DNA from: Podarcis filfolensis
Lineage: Eukaryota
Reading direction: 5' to 3' (one strand)
Assembly (NCBI GenBank): GCA_964270895.1
Contig: OZ185439.1
Length of the DNA stretch: 64,000 nt
A model generated the notes under the pieces. It saw nothing but the letters and a program-made list of their open reading frames with translations. It had not been told where the DNA came from and made no database searches. Position numbers and translations under genes: made by a program. Numbering within the stretch: the first letter of the stretch is position 1; each line of letters starts with the position of its first letter. Positions 62,336 to 64,000 of the stretch are shown piece by piece.

Positions 62336-64000
62336 GGGGCAAACATCCTAAACAAACAAGCAACTGAGGGGGGCCACCTTTTAGGGCTACATTCATGGCT
62401 ATGTCTTCTTACTTCCTCTGCCATTATGTATGTCTATGCTCCAAAGGACTTCATGAATGCAAGATGCAATCATACATTTAATTCCATGTCTAGTTTGCCA
62501 TGTATGTGAATGTTATACAAGGGTACCACTTAAAGTGGCAGTTCCTAAAGGCACAACTGATGTCAGTAGCAGTTCTGCCTGTCTTGATAAAGAGCAGTTC
62601 ATCCCCGAAAACACTCTTCTCTCAGAACAGATCCAGGAGCAGAGCTCATGATAATACTGAGGCCAGGACAGTTCCTCCCTCTGACAGCTGAAGTGATGGC
62701 CCTTTAAAACGAATCCATAGCAGAGCAATACATAAAATGCAGATTGAAACTGCAATGTTTTCAATGTTGTTATTGTTTTAAATAAGGACAGGGCCACATG
62801 GATTTCCTTATGGAGTGCATTTCATAAATCCAGAACTACCAAAACCTGTCAGTCTGACATTTTTCAGTGATGGGTCAGAAAGCCAGGTATAAGATAATGA
62901 TCTTAATGCATGAACAGATTTTACAGGTGCAGTCATTCAGAGATGAGGCAGGTGAGGCTGCTGCTTCAAGCAGCGGAAGACCCCTAGGTGGCACATCTGT
63001 TGGTGACCTGCCTGCACCACCACCACCACCTCCATCAGCACCAGAGAAGGACTGCCACCATTGATGCTGATATCGGGCAAGATCTCAGCCATTTTGTGCA
63101 AGATCTTGCCCAAAACCAATGCCAATGGCAGTGCCACTTCTCCACCAGTAGTGGATGGGAGAGGGTGTGTGGCGATGGCAGAGCAGGCATTGGTGGCAGG
63201 AGCAGGTAGGTGGTGGCAAGAGCAGTGGCAGCAGTAGAGCAAAACAGCACTTCCTGTTTCACTTTAAGTGATGAAACACTGCACAGCACCCCTGCTAGTC
63301 CTACAGATAGCCAAGTTTCAAAACATTTATGACTTGAAAGGTGAAAAACAGTACTTTAAATTCAGCCTGGGAACAAGTAGACCATTAGTTTAACCGGTGG
63401 TTAAACCCATTGTTGTAATACGTTCTGCTTGCTTGGCTTCCAACAGAAAATCTTCATGGCATTCAGGATGTACCCATATATGCCGTTCTCCACCTATACC
63501 TGCTTCCTGTCTGTGTACATGACCCTTTCTCCTAAGGAGGGAAATGGCCGGAGTCTCATGGGCACTAAAAGTGCCCAGTCACGCCCTCCGGTGATTCAGA
63601 GGAAGGAAAAGAAATGAATTGTAGTAACCTTTACAACAATAAAACCCCACAGTGTTTCTGGCCAGGTGTGCAAAGAGGAAATCCCTCTCTAGGTGATCAA
63701 CTTACACACTGAAGCATGAAGTTTGATTAGCCCTGTAACGTTTTATAAGCTTGCATAGCTGCAAATGTTATTAATGCTCATAAAGTTTACCCAAGCCTTT
63801 AAAATCCTATTGGGCCAATTCAGGTCTCGTTGGATTCCTGGGGCAATGCATTCCAGGGGTGATACAATGCCACGGAAAGTCATTATTTCTGTTTAATTTG
63901 TCTAAGGTGGATGCTGCTTATTTTCAGAGAGTTTCCTTTGTTTTTGTGTTTCCATTGTCTATGCATGTGGAAGGGAGTGTAAAACAAAATGACTGGCACC

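Noticed and set aside
62988-63209. Poly-His/poly-Pro coding exon
   Set aside because: The run is a short (CAC)n repeat inside a probable DNA-element relic, and the reading frames close quickly.
1-64000. ORF-track entries as genes
   Set aside because: All are 163 aa or shorter, many use non-ATG starts, and they overlap repeats or microsatellites. This is the number expected by chance in intron-rich vertebrate DNA.

Overview
This is vertebrate genomic DNA from a squamate reptile. The repeat complement (Sauria SINE, Squam3-like SINE, L2/CR1 LINEs, Tigger- and hAT-type MITEs) suggests a lacertid lizard, which I infer from remembered repeat families, not from a search. No long ORF exists and the six-frame track is essentially noise. 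The window appears to hold two genes. The first is the 3' end of an unidentified + strand gene: candidate internal exon 4310-4372, terminal exon from 17928, and AATAAA at 18327. The second starts at a CpG-rich promoter at about 27.4-27.85 kb, with a candidate + strand exon (28510-28707) encoding a hydrophobic N-terminal segment, followed by apparently intronic sequence to the window end. Neither gene can be named. The rest is transposon-rich, and several nested insertions have target-site duplications that can be read directly. The most notable signal is a complete minimal type I hammerhead ribozyme motif (6820-6857). It sits inside a Penelope-like inverted repeat, on the sense strand of the putative intron, next to an antisense arm that could sequester it; a Tigger-like MITE has split that hairpin. 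Other highlights are a solo LTR with a tandem CCAAT-box array, a probable Tc1/mariner excision footprint inside a SINE, and a set of RFX X-box motifs. I found no evidence for a CRISPR array, rRNA operon, true tRNA gene or intact autonomous element.
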